Below are positions 11,107 to 23,230 of a DNA stretch of 64,000 bases, piece by piece. Source of the DNA: Babesia bigemina (taxonomy: Eukaryota); assembly GCF_000981445.1 (NCBI RefSeq), contig NC_027216.1, positions 434,001-498,000 on the forward strand, written 5' to 3'. The position numbers and the translations under genes are program-made. The notes beneath the pieces are model-generated. The model had not been told where the DNA came from. It made no database searches and was given only the letters and a program-made list of their open reading frames with translations. Every line of letters starts with the position of its first letter. Within the stretch, counting starts at the first letter, position 1.

Positions 11107-13983
11107 TCATAACGTTTCCTCGGTCGGTTCAATGACCTCTACGTCATCGACATCAGAGGCAACGGCTGCGGAATGATCGTCTTCATCGACCGATGCGACG
11201 TCCTGCTCCTCAGCCATGGTGTCTCTACGCCATACGTGCGCCGACGAGTAGTAGTTGGGGTGCACCCGCAATCGGAAGACGTTGGGGATGTCGGTCTGGA
11301 CCCTGCGTGCTAACAGTTTCTTGTCTACATACAATAGACGGTGCACGACGCGCTGCAGCCTAAGATTCCACGCGTCTGCGTCTTCAGGCGTGCGGGGAAC
11401 GACAACGTTCTGGATGTACCACTCAACCAGCTCGTTGGAAGCGATCTCATTTTCCATCAACTGATTTTCGCTGACGTGGTCCAAGAGAACTGCTGAGATT
11501 GCCTCGTACTCGCTCATGCTGATCTTCATGAGATCAGCGTGTGCAGTGGCAGATGGTTCATCGGCGCCCGTTTCAGCACCGTGCCTGCGGCGGGTTGACG
11601 TGGTCCATTCTTCGTCACCGTCATCCACATCGTCGGTACGAGCACGTTCCTCGTCGAGCACCACGAGATCCTTGTTCGACAGCCTAAGTAGCGAGGATTT
11701 GAATATATTGTACGCCTCTTCCACATGCGATTCCTCAACGAAGTCGGAGAACTTAAGTCTGGCAATTGCCTCACTTAGTCGAATCAGGGATTCCAGTTGC
11801 CGCACTGTCATGCGCAACGAGCGCTTGGTTGATTGCGCATCTCCGTTACGTAGCCCTACGTAATACTGCGCCAGTTTGTGTTTAGCAGCGTCCTGCATCA
11901 GCGGCTTAATGCGTTTTGCCAATTCGATATAAAGCTTCAGCTCATCCAGAGTTAGGGGCGGATTAAATTCCTGGTCGAACGGAGACTCCTGGTGTTCGAT
12001 TTCCGCATGATCTTCGATGAGATCGCTGCTCTTATATACACCGGGCCCGTGCAGGCCTGTGATATGCCACGCAATTTTGGCATCCACCATCTCGTCTGCC
12101 TCGTCTTGCATGGTGTATAGCAGGTCGAAACGCGAGAGCAGCGGCGGAGGCAAGTTAACATTGCTTGCGAAGGACTTGCTAGTGTCGTAGCGCCCGTAAC
12201 GCGGGTTGCATACGGCAAGTACGGACGCTCGAGCGTTGAGTGTCGCCTGTATGCCTGCCTTGGCGATTGAAATGGTCTGCTGTTCCATGGCCTCGTGTAT
12301 TGCCACACGGTCCCGATCGTTCATCTTATCAAATTCGTCGATGCAGCATATGCCTAGGTCGGCGTACATCAGCGCACCCGCCTCCAGGACGAATTCACCG
12401 CTGTCAGGATCACGGTGCACAGCCGCAGTGAGCCCCGCCGCAGTAGACCCTTTGCCAGACGTGTAGATAGCGCGAGGAGCAAAACTCTCCACGAACTTGA
12501 GGAACTGGCTCTTGGCAGTGGAGGGGTCACCCACGAGGCACACGTTGATATCACCACGCAACTTGGTGTTACTCGAGGACTTGTGCACACCCCCCACCAT
12601 CATGAGCAGTATGCCCTTCTTGATCTCTGAATGCCCCCATATTTTAGGGGCTATGCAGGAAGCTAGACGCTCGACCGTGTTGTGTCCCCGCGCCACACGG
12701 CGGATCCAGTCGAAGTTCGACAGGTTCAGAATATCATCGGCACGCACCTGTACATCACTGGTCGTGTCGATGACGTCCCCAGCGGTGGACTTGAAGTCGT
12801 TGACACGGCGCACCTGGGTGGCCAGGAAGGAGAGCTTGTGGTTCAAATCCTTGACTCCTACGCCCTTAATACCCGTCAGCCCCTGCGAGATAAGATAGGA
12901 TTCGAAGCGCCTCATCGACTGCTTGTTGACCTTTCGTGGCATCTCACCGGGCTTGAGGAGTGTTGGCACATCCGGGAGGACGATAAGCGTGCCGGATATG
13001 ATGACACGGTCACCTGCATTCAGTCTGTCGACACTGCGGTGGCGCAATATCACATCAATAGAACGCGGCATGGCGCTAGTATCCGATTCCTGGGCCATTT
13101 CCTGTATACGCACCTTCTGCCAGTCGCAGAACAAGGACTGCTCCATCACCAGTTCCCAGTCGCGCATGTTGAGACAGTTATTGGACGTGCATTTTACCGG
13201 GACAGTGTACTTGAAGTTCTGCCTGACGTTTTCGATTGTATTGCCGCACGCCTTGCACTTGAAAGTGCCACGTATCAACTCAGGCCGAACGTCGGACGTG
13301 CGCGTAACCTGTCCCCGTATGGCAATGAGCTCGCCAATCATGTGGCACCGGACTTCCTTCAACCTGTGAAACTATGTAGAGTCTGCGAAGCCAACGTACG
13401 GGTGTATGACGCTCGGGGAATGCAGGAACTGCAAAAACAGTTTCTTCGACTCCCGATTCAGCGATTGCGCTATCGAGTCCACGATGCCCTGCAGCTTGTC
13501 CTCCAATGCATCCTGAACCCTGAGAAAATGCTTCACCAGGTACTTGTAGAGCTGCATGTTCAGATTCAGACTCGCCTCATTCTGCGGCGGCCGCCAGTTG
13601 AGCACATGATCGAGGTGAACAACTAGGACCTCGGAAAAATGCGACATGCGGGACACGAGCGTGAATATGCGTTTCATGTAGAACAGCGGCTTGCTCGTGT
13701 CTCCATTCAGGCAGTACGTTCCAGTGGTGTCCTCGTCGTCGGACAAGGAGTCGTCGAACTCTTCGAGGTCCTCGTCGTAGGCCTGCTCGCCCTCGGCGAC
13801 GTACGAGCGCAGGAAGAAATCGAACACCGTCGAGATGTTCGCATCCTGGATGTTGGCGGCGTCTTCTTCATGAGATATGTCCACATCGCCGGCCGTCATG
13901 CCCTGGCTATGCGTATGCTGCCGCCTCTGCGTTTGGCTGTTGTACACAGCGCTGTCGGCGCGTGCCGAACTTTCCCCCGGCAT
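11107..13983 (-). CDS. MCM6: DNA replication licensing factor MCM6 (2 exons; intron 13364..13399)
   Basis: LRGDINVCLVGDPSTAKSQFLK Walker A, CCIDEFDKM Walker B, LSRFDL arginine finger and a Zn finger. A 36-nt GTACG...CACAG intron joins the two ORFs in frame. Confidence 0.95.
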
Positions 13984-14289
13984 ATCTCTGTTATTCTGAT
14001 TAAAATTTAAGTTCTGTTGGTCGGCGCTAATACGGCGCCTGGGTCAGGCACGCCCCCGGGTTTTGCCGCGCAGGCGCGCGCTCTTAGATTCCTCGACCTT
14101 CCTCGGTAGCCTCAGGCCGACGAGGGCATAATTACCTTCGCACAACTCAATTACACGATTTTGTTGTGCTGTGATGCCTTCCACTGCTGCCGGTAAAGCG
14201 CAGCTGGATGTGCGCTAGACAGTGCGCCGAAAGTGCCCACGCCGGATGTCGATGCCACAACCGAGCACATATGGCCTGTACGGGCGGCC

Positions 14290-14968
14290 TCATGCGAGGG
14301 AAATGTGCGTGAGATTTATGCACCAACGGTTGCCACACGCCATTTTGAACGAGCGGCAGCCCGCCTTGTCTATAATCTCGTAGGACTGCTGATCTGCAGA
14401 CACGTGATTCGCGTGCACTGTCTGCTCACCTGCGAAGAGGAAAACCATCATACGTGTGACGTACGTGATTTTGCCTTTAGCGTCCCCTGTGCTGCTGTAG
14501 CTGATCACGGGGTTGCCGTCTTCGGTGTCGCCGTACCATCGCACGCAGGCTACATCGTTGCCGAGAATCGGGTCATCAGCACGTCCGCACCCCTTCGCTA
14601 TGCTGGCTGCAGCACATGATACGACCATCTAACTCACTAACCCAGTATTGAGTAGCGCTTCGCTGGAGTTTTGTACATCGCCTTGGCGCGCTCGTGGACA
14701 TAAGTGTCCCAGGACTTCACCAGATACGCCACCTCCTCGGCGCTTCTCCGATCCCGCTCCACCTCACTCTCCGCCACGGAATGGGGGGTCTCGCTCGCAA
14801 TCTGAAATCTTTTGGTCCGTGGGAGTGCAGACATACCGCTGATGGCGTCGAGTCACAGTCGCTGCCGCCGCTTTTGCGCACATGCTTGTTCTCATCGTCG
14901 TCATCGGACTCAAAAAGCCCCAAGAAGCTCGCGAACGGGACTATCGAGCACACCCGGCACTTGAACAT
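14290..14968 (-). CDS. Multi-exon hypothetical protein
   Basis: ATG 14968 (MFKCRVC), a 35-nt GTATGT...TTTCAG intron, exon IASETPHS...RYSIL, a GTTAGT...GCAG intron, then exon ASIAKGCGR...VRWYGDTEDG. 3' end uncertain. Confidence 0.6.
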
Positions 14969-15274
14969 GATATCTACGTTGCGATGTGTAGGCGCGTTCG
15001 TATAATCCGAGACGGAGCGGCTTTTTCTGCCGGCGAAAGTCGCAGCCCAGCACAAATATGGACGTTTAATACGGATGTGTGAGCGTATAATTCATTACAA
15101 AGATGAGTGTTCATTCAATGTCCAGGCTACGCATTACCACAAGGGCTTCTGTGTCCCCATGGACACGTTGTCTGCAGGCTCAAGCGGCCTTTTCTAACCG
15201 CATATACCTCTTGTTAATAACGACTATGGGTATGTAATAGCGTTTGAGTCTTTAAGCGCAAGTAACCTCGAAAT

Positions 15275-15280
15275 AAAAAA
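15275..15280 (-). terminator. Pol III oligo-T terminator of tRNA-Glu
   Basis: TTTTTT on the minus strand directly 3' of the tRNA discriminator base. Confidence 0.8.
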
Positions 15281-15353
15281 TTCCCACGCGGGGACTCGAA
15301 CCCCGGTCGCTCGGGTGAGAGCCGAGTATCCTAACCAGCTAGACTACATGGGA
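15281..15353 (-). tRNA. tRNA-Glu (anticodon CTC)
   Basis: Reverse complement TCCCATGTAGTCTAGCTGGTTAGGATACTCGG-CT-CTC-AC-CCGAGCGACCGGGGTTCGAGTCCCCGCGTGGGAA folds as a cloverleaf with a GGTTCGA T-loop. Confidence 0.96.
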
Positions 15354-15456
15354 GACATTGGTGCTTCTTTCAATATATTGACATAGTTTATGTGGGCTCC
15401 CAAGGTGCCATTCAGCGTATGCGTCGGAGGTTCACTTGATGCATAATAATAGCATA

Positions 15457-17616
15457 ATGCCTGCGGCGTCAGTTTTCGTCGGTGTGTGCCTTTTGTGGGC
15501 GTTTTTGGCCGCTGAAGCGGCCGATAAAGTTCAGCGCCGCTTCGCGGCATTCACGATCTCTGAGGAGGGACCTAGCACACCTCTGGGCTTCGTTCCGCAG
15601 TCAGTCGAGCAGGTGTACCTGGCCTACTACAGTGGATTGGTCGATGTGTACGGTGATGCTGAGGAGGAGCGCGGGCGCAACCTTTTCCCGGACAATGTCC
15701 ACCCGGGGCTGTCGATCTTATCCTATCCCAAGCAGAGTGCGTCTGAGTCCGTCGGGAGCGTTCGCGCTGATGCCACGGTGACCTTAGAGTCGTGGTGTTT
15801 TGCCGTGACGTCGTTCTTCCTCTCCAGTCGGATGCCACGCGTCGCTGGTGATGCGGACGGCAAATGCACCCTCGATCTCTTCTATCACAGGTGCCTCGGC
15901 CTCAACGGCCATGCAGATGCTGAGGATGAAACTGACTACAGGAGCTGCCTCGTTCAGCTGTCTTCGACGAGCTCGCTGGAGGACGTGTACATGTTCGAGA
16001 AGTGGTCCCGCCGGTGCCCTAAGCCCCTGTACGCCGACTCGCTCAGCATGAACGCCAAGGCGGCTGCTTGCAACGGTCTATTCAGCGAATCTCCGTCCGT
16101 GGCCAGTCTGGTGACTGGGAGGCACTGCTACCTGCATGACCTGTTGACTCTCGACTGGATCCCTTACTCCGAGGTGCAGCGTCAGGCCGGGAGCTCGTTA
16201 TCCACCATGATCAACCCCGACAAGGTTGCGGCCAATTACATGAACACGTGGCGCTACTTGCAGCCCAGCAAATCTGCGGAATTCCAGATGGGTTTTTCCA
16301 CCTCAGTTTCGGACTTCCACAATGAGGTTATGGCAGCGTCGTCCAGCACCAAGGCCAAGAACATTTCCGCGTTCCTGGCAAATCAGGCTACCAACGTCCA
16401 GATCAGATACGTCATCGCGGCATTCACTAACCGCGATGGTGTGGTGAAGAGTGAGTTGAGCTTCGGTGTCGCTTTCGACAGCCCTGCCTCCGTGGATGTT
16501 CCCGAGTTCGACTTCATCACGCCCGCCGGCCTGCCCGCGCACGTCACCTCGTCGGTGCTGGGTATGGTGGACCCACTGATGAGGGAGAGCTCGATAAAGG
16601 CGGACGTTGGGTATTCGGAGTTCCACGGCCGCGGTCAGCATCGGTCGTGGATCGTCTCCATCACGCTGGATGTGCTGCCGTTGAAGAAGATGCTGGGATT
16701 CCCTGCGAGGTTGTACCTGAGGGTGGTGCACATGCTCGAGCGTAGCCTTTTCCTGGACAACGATGAGTTGAACGGCTGGTTCGCCCGCTTGGAGTCCGAG
16801 GACGACGTCACCAAGATCGAGGCGTCGCCCGTTGAGCTTGACAAGGACAGGAATGTCGGAGTGGCCAGGCTGCGCACGCTCCGCACCCCGTTCATCGACA
16901 TCGAGCAGCACGAGATGCACTGTGCTCCCATCCTGTACTACGGCTACGTGGCCGTGGACGGTTGGGCGATGTCGCTGGACCGCCTGGAGGTGCAGTACAC
17001 CCTGATGACGCACACGCGGTACATGCACATGAACAAGGGCTTGACGCAGGAGCTGTTGCGGACGCCGGGCGTCAGGGCGCTGAAGAGCGTCACCGGGTGG
17101 AGGTATGACCTGACGTTCGTCAATGAACCCCTGGTGTACGTGTTGGACTCTCCTAAGGTGCCGAGCGGCATCGGGTCTGAGGTGCCTGCCACGGCGATGT
17201 CGTACGTCGAGTACCTTCGGGGCATCTCCTTCATGAAGTTCGTCGGCCGCGACATTGCGGACGCCGACGCGCCGGCGTTGGCCAACAAAACGCAATGGCG
17301 CCGCATCTACACCACCAACCACGCCTCAGGGCCTTCATCGGAGTCTGCGGTCGAGGTATGCAAGCCGAAACGCACCGGCCTGGCGTTCGTCGGCCGCGTG
17401 TTCTCCATGGGACGGTGCGCCGGCACCCGCCACCGGGTGCTTAAGATCGCGGAGCAGCAGGGCTACGTGGTGTTTTCCACTCCGGTTGGCAAGTACTCTA
17501 ATTACAACATCTCCGTGGTCGCGACGTTCATTGCGACCGTCCTGGTCACGATCGTGTCCGTAGCGCTGGCCCTCAGGGGCAGCGCGGACCTGGTGGTCAA
17601 GGAGAAAAAGCATTAG
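15457..17616 (+). CDS. Type I ER membrane protein with a C-terminal PIG-X/Pbn1-like domain
   Basis: Signal peptide MPAASVFVGVCLLWAFLAAEA. Motifs LERSLFLDNDEL, IDIEQ, THTRY and TPVG precede a C-terminal TM helix in the PIG-X order. KxKxx ER-retrieval tail (KEKKH). Confidence 0.6.
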   Translation: MPAASVFVGVCLLWAFLAAEAADKVQRRFAAFTISEEGPSTPLGFVPQSVEQVYLAYYSGLVDVYGDAEEERGRNLFPDNVHPGLSILSYPKQSASESVGSVRADATVTLESWCFAVTSFFLSSRMPRVAGDADGKCTLDLFYHRCLGLNGHADAEDETDYRSCLVQLSSTSSLEDVYMFEKWSRRCPKPLYADSLSMNAKAAACNGLFSESPSVASLVTGRHCYLHDLLTLDWIPYSEVQRQAGSSLSTMINPDKVAANYMNTWRYLQPSKSAEFQMGFSTSVSDFHNEVMAASSSTKAKNISAFLANQATNVQIRYVIAAFTNRDGVVKSELSFGVAFDSPASVDVPEFDFITPAGLPAHVTSSVLGMVDPLMRESSIKADVGYSEFHGRGQHRSWIVSITLDVLPLKKMLGFPARLYLRVVHMLERSLFLDNDELNGWFARLESEDDVTKIEASPVELDKDRNVGVARLRTLRTPFIDIEQHEMHCAPILYYGYVAVDGWAMSLDRLEVQYTLMTHTRYMHMNKGLTQELLRTPGVRALKSVTGWRYDLTFVNEPLVYVLDSPKVPSGIGSEVPATAMSYVEYLRGISFMKFVGRDIADADAPALANKTQWRRIYTTNHASGPSSESAVEVCKPKRTGLAFVGRVFSMGRCAGTRHRVLKIAEQQGYVVFSTPVGKYSNYNISVVATFIATVLVTIVSVALALRGSADLVVKEKKH

Positions 17617-17646
17617 TGAAACATTGACTGAAGGAGTTGCATTTAT

Positions 17647-18150
17647 TCAGATTCTGCCTTGAGTGTACGAGAACCCAGTGACGTCTCCCTTGAGGGACTG
17701 GAGCTGGTAGTGGTGGAGAAAGGAGCATATGATGAAGCTGTAGATGACGCTGAGAGCAGTGCCCAGCTGCAGCGCGCGGTAGGCCCAGATGTAACGGGGG
17801 GAATCCCGCCTAGAGTTGCGGCTGTAGGCGTAGAGAATGCATCCTGCGCCGGTGAGCGTTGGCCACGTTTATTATTACCTGCGAGGGGGAAGATGATGGT
17901 GATCATGAACACGATCATTTGGACCTTCGCATCCTTGTCCGCCTGTTCAGCCTGGAGGTCCACGGTTTCCTGCACGCCATGGAGCGCACGGGGCTGGAAC
18001 CTACTTCGTCGCTGTCGGGAATCACTTCGCACTCCCGGTTGAAAGTAACCTTGCGGTTGATGGTGTTAGCATCCCTTTGTCCGGGATTCTTGGCGTCTTG
18101 CTGCGCACACACATAAAACAGAACGGTCGCTAAGGTCTTACCGCTTTCAT
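17647..18150 (-). CDS. Small 4-exon membrane protein with two TM helices
   Basis: MKA|QDAKNPG...PDSDE|ETVDLQ...QMIVFMITIIFPLA|GCILYAYS...LGTALSVIYSFIICSFLHH...TQGRI*, joined by three GT-AG introns. Confidence 0.7.
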
Positions 18151-19174
18151 TTTGTTGCTATTTCGAGGATTCGTCGGCCTTACAGGGCTCGCGTATTATA
18201 TGGTCTGGAGTCAGATTTTCAACCTGTGGAGCGCCTTTTACACACTCTGTTGAGGTTGCTGGTATTCGCCAGCTCTGGCTGGTAACGTGTACCCCTTTCG
18301 CGAGGTCGTACGATGGCTCGGTCGGCCGGGGTGTACGGCATACGGCGGCAGCTGCGCGAAATGCCGGCCCAAATGTGGCGGGTAATATGCGTCCAACGCG
18401 TCTGGCTATGTGGAATCTCGGCTCCGAATCGATTGGTTGTGTGCTCCGTGGTATCGTCCGCCGCAGACTTGGTGTGTCCCTACAGGCGTTCCACTACGCG
18501 CGCGGTCACCGCGCGACCTGCGATGCGACACCAAACTCGGAGCGGCTATTCGTTGGCTCTACGCAACGCTACTTCACTGCCTGACCGGTGGTATACCGTG
18601 CCAGTATCGCTTATTCCGACGGCAGGTTGCCTTTCGTCACCCAGTACCACAAGGAATCGATGACATGCCTCGTCAAAAGCGTGCCTTTTCGCATGCTGCT
18701 ATGTTTTTTATGCGATACGCGTGCTGTCTAACGAGTTCTAGCATCGAATATCGATAGAATGCAGATGCACACACGACTGCCGTCGGCGCGTCGTGGCCAA
18801 ATTGCCGATTCAGATGCCATTTTGGATTCTGTAATTCGTGTTACAACGACATAGGTTAGACGCAAGGCGATCTCAGTCGATGGTATATGCCAGAGACGTC
18901 GTTTCTCACGCTCTCACCCAGCGCCTAGACCTGCGCATACCCGGCCATTCTTAGCCGTGAAACCGCTGCAACCAAGCTTAGATAGCAGTGCTAACAAGGT
19001 GCAAAATAGTACACGCTGCGCTTCCGCCTTGTCTTTGCGACGTCATGTGCAGATGGTGTGTAGTACCCATGCTGCGAACGTCGCGACTGTGTCGTTTTTG
19101 TCGCCCACACTTGAACTGATTTCAAGTCATGGGAATTCCGAGGCGGTAATGCGCGCCTTCTACCGTATGTTGCC

Positions 19175-22100
19175 ATGACGTTAGCGCCTATCCCGGCGGG
19201 ACGGCCCAGCGGCCGTAATCGCGTCGCGGACCATGTGCGTTGCATCGGCGCCGAAACCCGCGACAGCAGCCAGCCAGTGCGCCGTCTGATCATCAGCAAG
19301 GTGGTGCTTCGCAACTTCAAGAGTTACGGCGGCACCACCGTGATCGGCCCGTTCCACAAGCGTTTCACGTCCATCGTGGGCCCCAACGGCTCCGGCAAGA
19401 GCAACGTCATCGACGCGATGCTGTTCGTTTTCGGCTTCAGGGCGAAGCAGATGCGTTTCAGCAAGTTGTCTGACCTCATCCACAACTCGCAGGCGTACCT
19501 GCAGCTCAACAAGGGTCGTCCGCTTGACTCGATGGAGGTGGCTGTGCACTTCTGCGAGATCATCGACCGTGACGCGGATTGCGATGAGTTCGAGGTGGTG
19601 CCTGGCAGCGAGCTGGTGATCTCCCGTGAGGTGCACCGCGACAACTCGTCGCGCTATCGCATAAACGGCCGCACTGCGACGCAGAAGGACGTTTCCAACT
19701 CTCTGAAGTCCTTCGGGATGGACCTGTACAACAACCGTTTCCTGATATTGCAGGGTGAGGTTGAGCAGATTGCGCAGATGAAGCCGAAGGCCACGAAGCC
19801 CGAGGAGGAGGGTTTGCTGGAGTACCTGGAGGACATCATCGGTACGAACCAGTACCTGGAGTCCATCAAGGGCGCTCAGCGGTGCCACGAGGAGCTGCAG
19901 GAGCAGTACCAGGAGCGGTTCAACCGAGCGCGCGTTGCGCAGAAGGATGTGGAGGACCTGCTGGAGGCCAAGCGCGAGGCCGATGCGTACCTGGCGAGGG
20001 AGAAGTCGTTGCTGGTCGCGCAGGCCGTGCTGGCCAGGAAGGAGCTGTCCCTCCTCGCCGACCAGCAGGTGGAAACTGCCGGCAAGCTGGCGAGCCTGGA
20101 GGAGCGGTGCAGCAGCGCCACTGCGGAGCTGGATGCGGTGCGCCAGGAGCGCGACACGGCGCTGGAGGCCATAAAGGGCGTGGAGTGTGAGCTCGCCGAG
20201 GCGAGCCGAGCGCACAAGCGCCTCATGGGCAACCTGCAGCGCATGATTGCGAGGGACGAGGAGCTGCGCAAGCAGCTGCTGCGCGAGGTGACTAAGGTGG
20301 AAGAGAAAACCGCCGGGATCAAGCGCGCCAACAGCAACAAACCTAAGCTCGAGCGCGAGTTCCAGGATAAGATGAGGCAAAGCGAAGAGCTGCTCAAGCA
20401 GCTACCCGGCGTTCAGGAGGAACTGGACGGCGCCGAGCGGGCGCTCGAGTCGCTCACGGAGGCGTTGAAGCCCGAGCTGCTCGAGGCGAACCGGCAGCTG
20501 TCGAAGCACGAGTCTGAGCTGGCGCCTCTGCAGCAGGCGTGCGACCAGGCGCAGAAGGAGGTGAGGGTGCTGAAGTCGTCGATCGACCTGCTGGAGACCA
20601 AGCGCAGGGGCGCGGCTGATACGCTCAAAACGCTGAAGGACATAGAAACCAAGCTCTCCAAATCGCTACGGGCGCACAGCGATGACCTTGCACGGCAGGA
20701 GGGCGAGCTAACGACGCAGCGTGCCCTGTACGAGAGCAACAAGCGCCAGGTCGCGGAGCTCGAGTCCGCCGTGCAGGCGAGGTCGCACCGGTGCACGCAG
20801 CAACGCGGGGAATACGAAAGCATGAAACGCGAGCTCGATGAGATGATGGGGTGCAAAGACCAGTACGGGTACATCATGGGCCTCGTGGCCACCGGTAAGA
20901 TCAGGGGCGTGCACGGGCGGCTCGGCGACCTGGGATCGATACCGCCCGAGTACGAGCGCGCGTTCATGGCCGCGTGCGGCGTCAATGTGGACGTGCTCGT
21001 GGTGGATACCCCCGAGGTTGCTTCGCGGGTGTTCGACGAGCTCCGGAAGCGCAACTTGGGCCGGAGCTACGCGATGGCGCTGAGCGTGCTCAACCACGAC
21101 CTCAAGAGCCAGATGGAGGCCTTCGAGCGCAACTCGCAGGGCGACCTTCCCGCTGGTGTGCAGCACCTGATCCACCTGGTGACCCCCAGCGACCCCAGGT
21201 ACAGGGTGTGCTTCTACTCGGCGCTGCGGGAGACGCTGATTGCGCCTGACCTGGACGTGGCCATTCGCGTGGGCTACCAGCAGCGGCGCCGCGTGGTGAC
21301 CCTGAACGGCGAGCTGGTAGAGACCGACGGGCGCATGAGCTGCGGAGGCATCCGGTCGCCGAAGAGCGGCGGCATAAACACCAGGGCCGACGGCGGCAGC
21401 GTCGCGCAGTGCGGTAGGGCCGTTTTGGACGCGTCGCAGCTGGAGCAGTTTCTGAAGGCGGTCGAGAAGGAGGAGGCGGAGCTGAAGGCCCTGAGGGCCC
21501 AGCTGGCGGAGCTCACCGAGCGGCAGGGCATGCTCTCGAGGACCATCAGCGAGCTGCAGTACGGCGTGGAGATGCTGAAGCACACCGTGGTGAACGAGGA
21601 GCTGCAGCTGGCTGAGCTTTCGGAGCGAATGGGCGCCACAGGCGCCGACGAGCGGGCGTCGCTGGACGCCGAGACGCTGGCCGCCATGCGGTCGGAGCTG
21701 GAGGCCAAGGAGCAGGCCGCCGCTGCAGCTGCCGCGAAGGTGTCGGCGCAGGAGAAGTTCGTGGCTGAAGCGTACGCTGCGGTCGACCGGGTGGGCAAGG
21801 GCAGGCTGAAATCCGCGAAGGAACGCGTCGCGGACCTCGAGTCCAAGCTGTCCGAGATGCGCTCCGCCATCGAGCGGCTGCGCAAGCAGGCGGCGTCGCT
21901 GCAGGCCGACGCGGACAAGTGCACGCGCGACACCGAGAAGCTCACTAAGGAGATCGAGCAGCACAAGGTGCGTGAAGGCGCGCTGGAACGGGAGCTCAAC
22001 GAGCTCGAGGAGGAGGCCGCTGGCGTCACCAACGAGATGAACGGCGTGAGCACGCAGATGGAGGGGCTGAACGCCAAGCTCAAGGAGCTGAACGAAGGCC

Positions 22101-23230
22101 TCGCTGCGCGTAACCGGCGCATTGAGGAGCACGACCTGAAGTTCGTCGACCTGCGGCACAGCATCGAGGAGCTGTCCAAGAAGCTGCAGGCCTGCGAGCA
22201 CCAGCGCGAGGACCGCCAGGCGAAGCTCCGCGGTATTCTGGAGGCGTACCGCAAAACGCGCGCCCTCATCCAGCGCAGCAACGAGTCGCAGCAGCTCCTT
22301 TCCAGCAATGCGCCGCCGCGTCATGCGGATGCTCCCGGCAGCGACGGCGCGGATGACGGTGGTGCCGACAAACGGGACGCCGGGGGAAGCGGGAGCGGCC
22401 AAACCAGCGCCAAACACATGTCTCACGGCCAAGTAGCCGTAAAGCGCGAGGCCACCAACGAGGGCGGCGGCGGCGGCGCGGCGGAATCGGATGAAGACGA
22501 CCCCGCCACCAGCCCTAGCGACGCCGCGCTGATCCCGCTGAACGTCAACGTCCTGCGCGAAAAGGTCGAGATGCTCAAGAAGCAGGTTGGCGCGGTGCCC
22601 AACCTCGGGGTGCTGGACGATTTCGGTGTCAAGGCGCACGAGTACGGCCGCAAGCGCCACGAGCTGTGCTGCATACAGGAACGGCGCGACGAGGCGAAGC
22701 GCACCTTCGACCAGCTGTGCTTCAAGCGCAAGAACGAGTTCCTGCTAAACTTCGCGATCATCGCTGCCAAGCTGAAGGAGATTTACCAGTCCATCACCCT
22801 GGGCGGCGACGCCGAGCTGGAGCTGGTGGACTCCACTGACCCCTTCACCGAGGGGATTTTGTTTTCGGTGCGCCCCGCGCGTAAGAGCTGGAAGCAGATC
22901 CAGAACCTGTCGGGCGGCGAGAAGACGCTGAGCTCGCTGGCGCTGGTGTTCGCGCTGCATCACTACAAGCCGAACCCGGTTTACTTCATGGACGAGATCG
23001 ACGCCGCGCTCGACTTCCGCAACGTGAGCATCATCGCGCAGAACATCAAAGAGCGCACCAAGGACGCGCAGTTCATCATCATTTCGCTGCGCAGCCAGAT
23101 GTTCGAGCTGTGCAACCAGATGGTCGGCATCTACAAGACGGCGGACGTCACCAAGAGTGTGTGCATAAACCCCGCGTCGTTCGACGTGCGCAAGCGCACG
23201 CTCGAGGGCGAATCCGCAACCAGCACGTAA
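19175..23230 (+). CDS. SMC4: Condensin subunit SMC4
   Basis: NFKSY, IGPFHKRFTSIVGPNGSGKSNVIDAMLFVFG, hinge GVHGRLGDLG, coiled coils, and LSGGEKTLSSLALVFALHHYKP...MDEIDAALD. Confidence 0.96.
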   Translation: MTLAPIPAGRPSGRNRVADHVRCIGAETRDSSQPVRRLIISKVVLRNFKSYGGTTVIGPFHKRFTSIVGPNGSGKSNVIDAMLFVFGFRAKQMRFSKLSDLIHNSQAYLQLNKGRPLDSMEVAVHFCEIIDRDADCDEFEVVPGSELVISREVHRDNSSRYRINGRTATQKDVSNSLKSFGMDLYNNRFLILQGEVEQIAQMKPKATKPEEEGLLEYLEDIIGTNQYLESIKGAQRCHEELQEQYQERFNRARVAQKDVEDLLEAKREADAYLAREKSLLVAQAVLARKELSLLADQQVETAGKLASLEERCSSATAELDAVRQERDTALEAIKGVECELAEASRAHKRLMGNLQRMIARDEELRKQLLREVTKVEEKTAGIKRANSNKPKLEREFQDKMRQSEELLKQLPGVQEELDGAERALESLTEALKPELLEANRQLSKHESELAPLQQACDQAQKEVRVLKSSIDLLETKRRGAADTLKTLKDIETKLSKSLRAHSDDLARQEGELTTQRALYESNKRQVAELESAVQARSHRCTQQRGEYESMKRELDEMMGCKDQYGYIMGLVATGKIRGVHGRLGDLGSIPPEYERAFMAACGVNVDVLVVDTPEVASRVFDELRKRNLGRSYAMALSVLNHDLKSQMEAFERNSQGDLPAGVQHLIHLVTPSDPRYRVCFYSALRETLIAPDLDVAIRVGYQQRRRVVTLNGELVETDGRMSCGGIRSPKSGGINTRADGGSVAQCGRAVLDASQLEQFLKAVEKEEAELKALRAQLAELTERQGMLSRTISELQYGVEMLKHTVVNEELQLAELSERMGATGADERASLDAETLAAMRSELEAKEQAAAAAAAKVSAQEKFVAEAYAAVDRVGKGRLKSAKERVADLESKLSEMRSAIERLRKQAASLQADADKCTRDTEKLTKEIEQHKVREGALERELNELEEEAAGVTNEMNGVSTQMEGLNAKLKELNEGLAARNRRIEEHDLKFVDLRHSIEELSKKLQACEHQREDRQAKLRGILEAYRKTRALIQRSNESQQLLSSNAPPRHADAPGSDGADDGGADKRDAGGSGSGQTSAKHMSHGQVAVKREATNEGGGGGAAESDEDDPATSPSDAALIPLNVNVLREKVEMLKKQVGAVPNLGVLDDFGVKAHEYGRKRHELCCIQERRDEAKRTFDQLCFKRKNEFLLNFAIIAAKLKEIYQSITLGGDAELELVDSTDPFTEGILFSVRPARKSWKQIQNLSGGEKTLSSLALVFALHHYKPNPVYFMDEIDAALDFRNVSIIAQNIKERTKDAQFIIISLRSQMFELCNQMVGIYKTADVTKSVCINPASFDVRKRTLEGESATST

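Noticed and set aside
18230..18250. GCCTTTTAC matching U5 snRNA loop 1
   Set aside because: The flanks do not form stem 1 and there is no downstream Sm site.
19181..22770. Long antisense ORFs opposite SMC4 (e.g. 20708..22660, 650 aa), and similar ones opposite MCM6, MORC, the PIG-X-like gene and RMC1
   Set aside because: Expected shadows of GC3-rich coding sequence; no recognisable domains.
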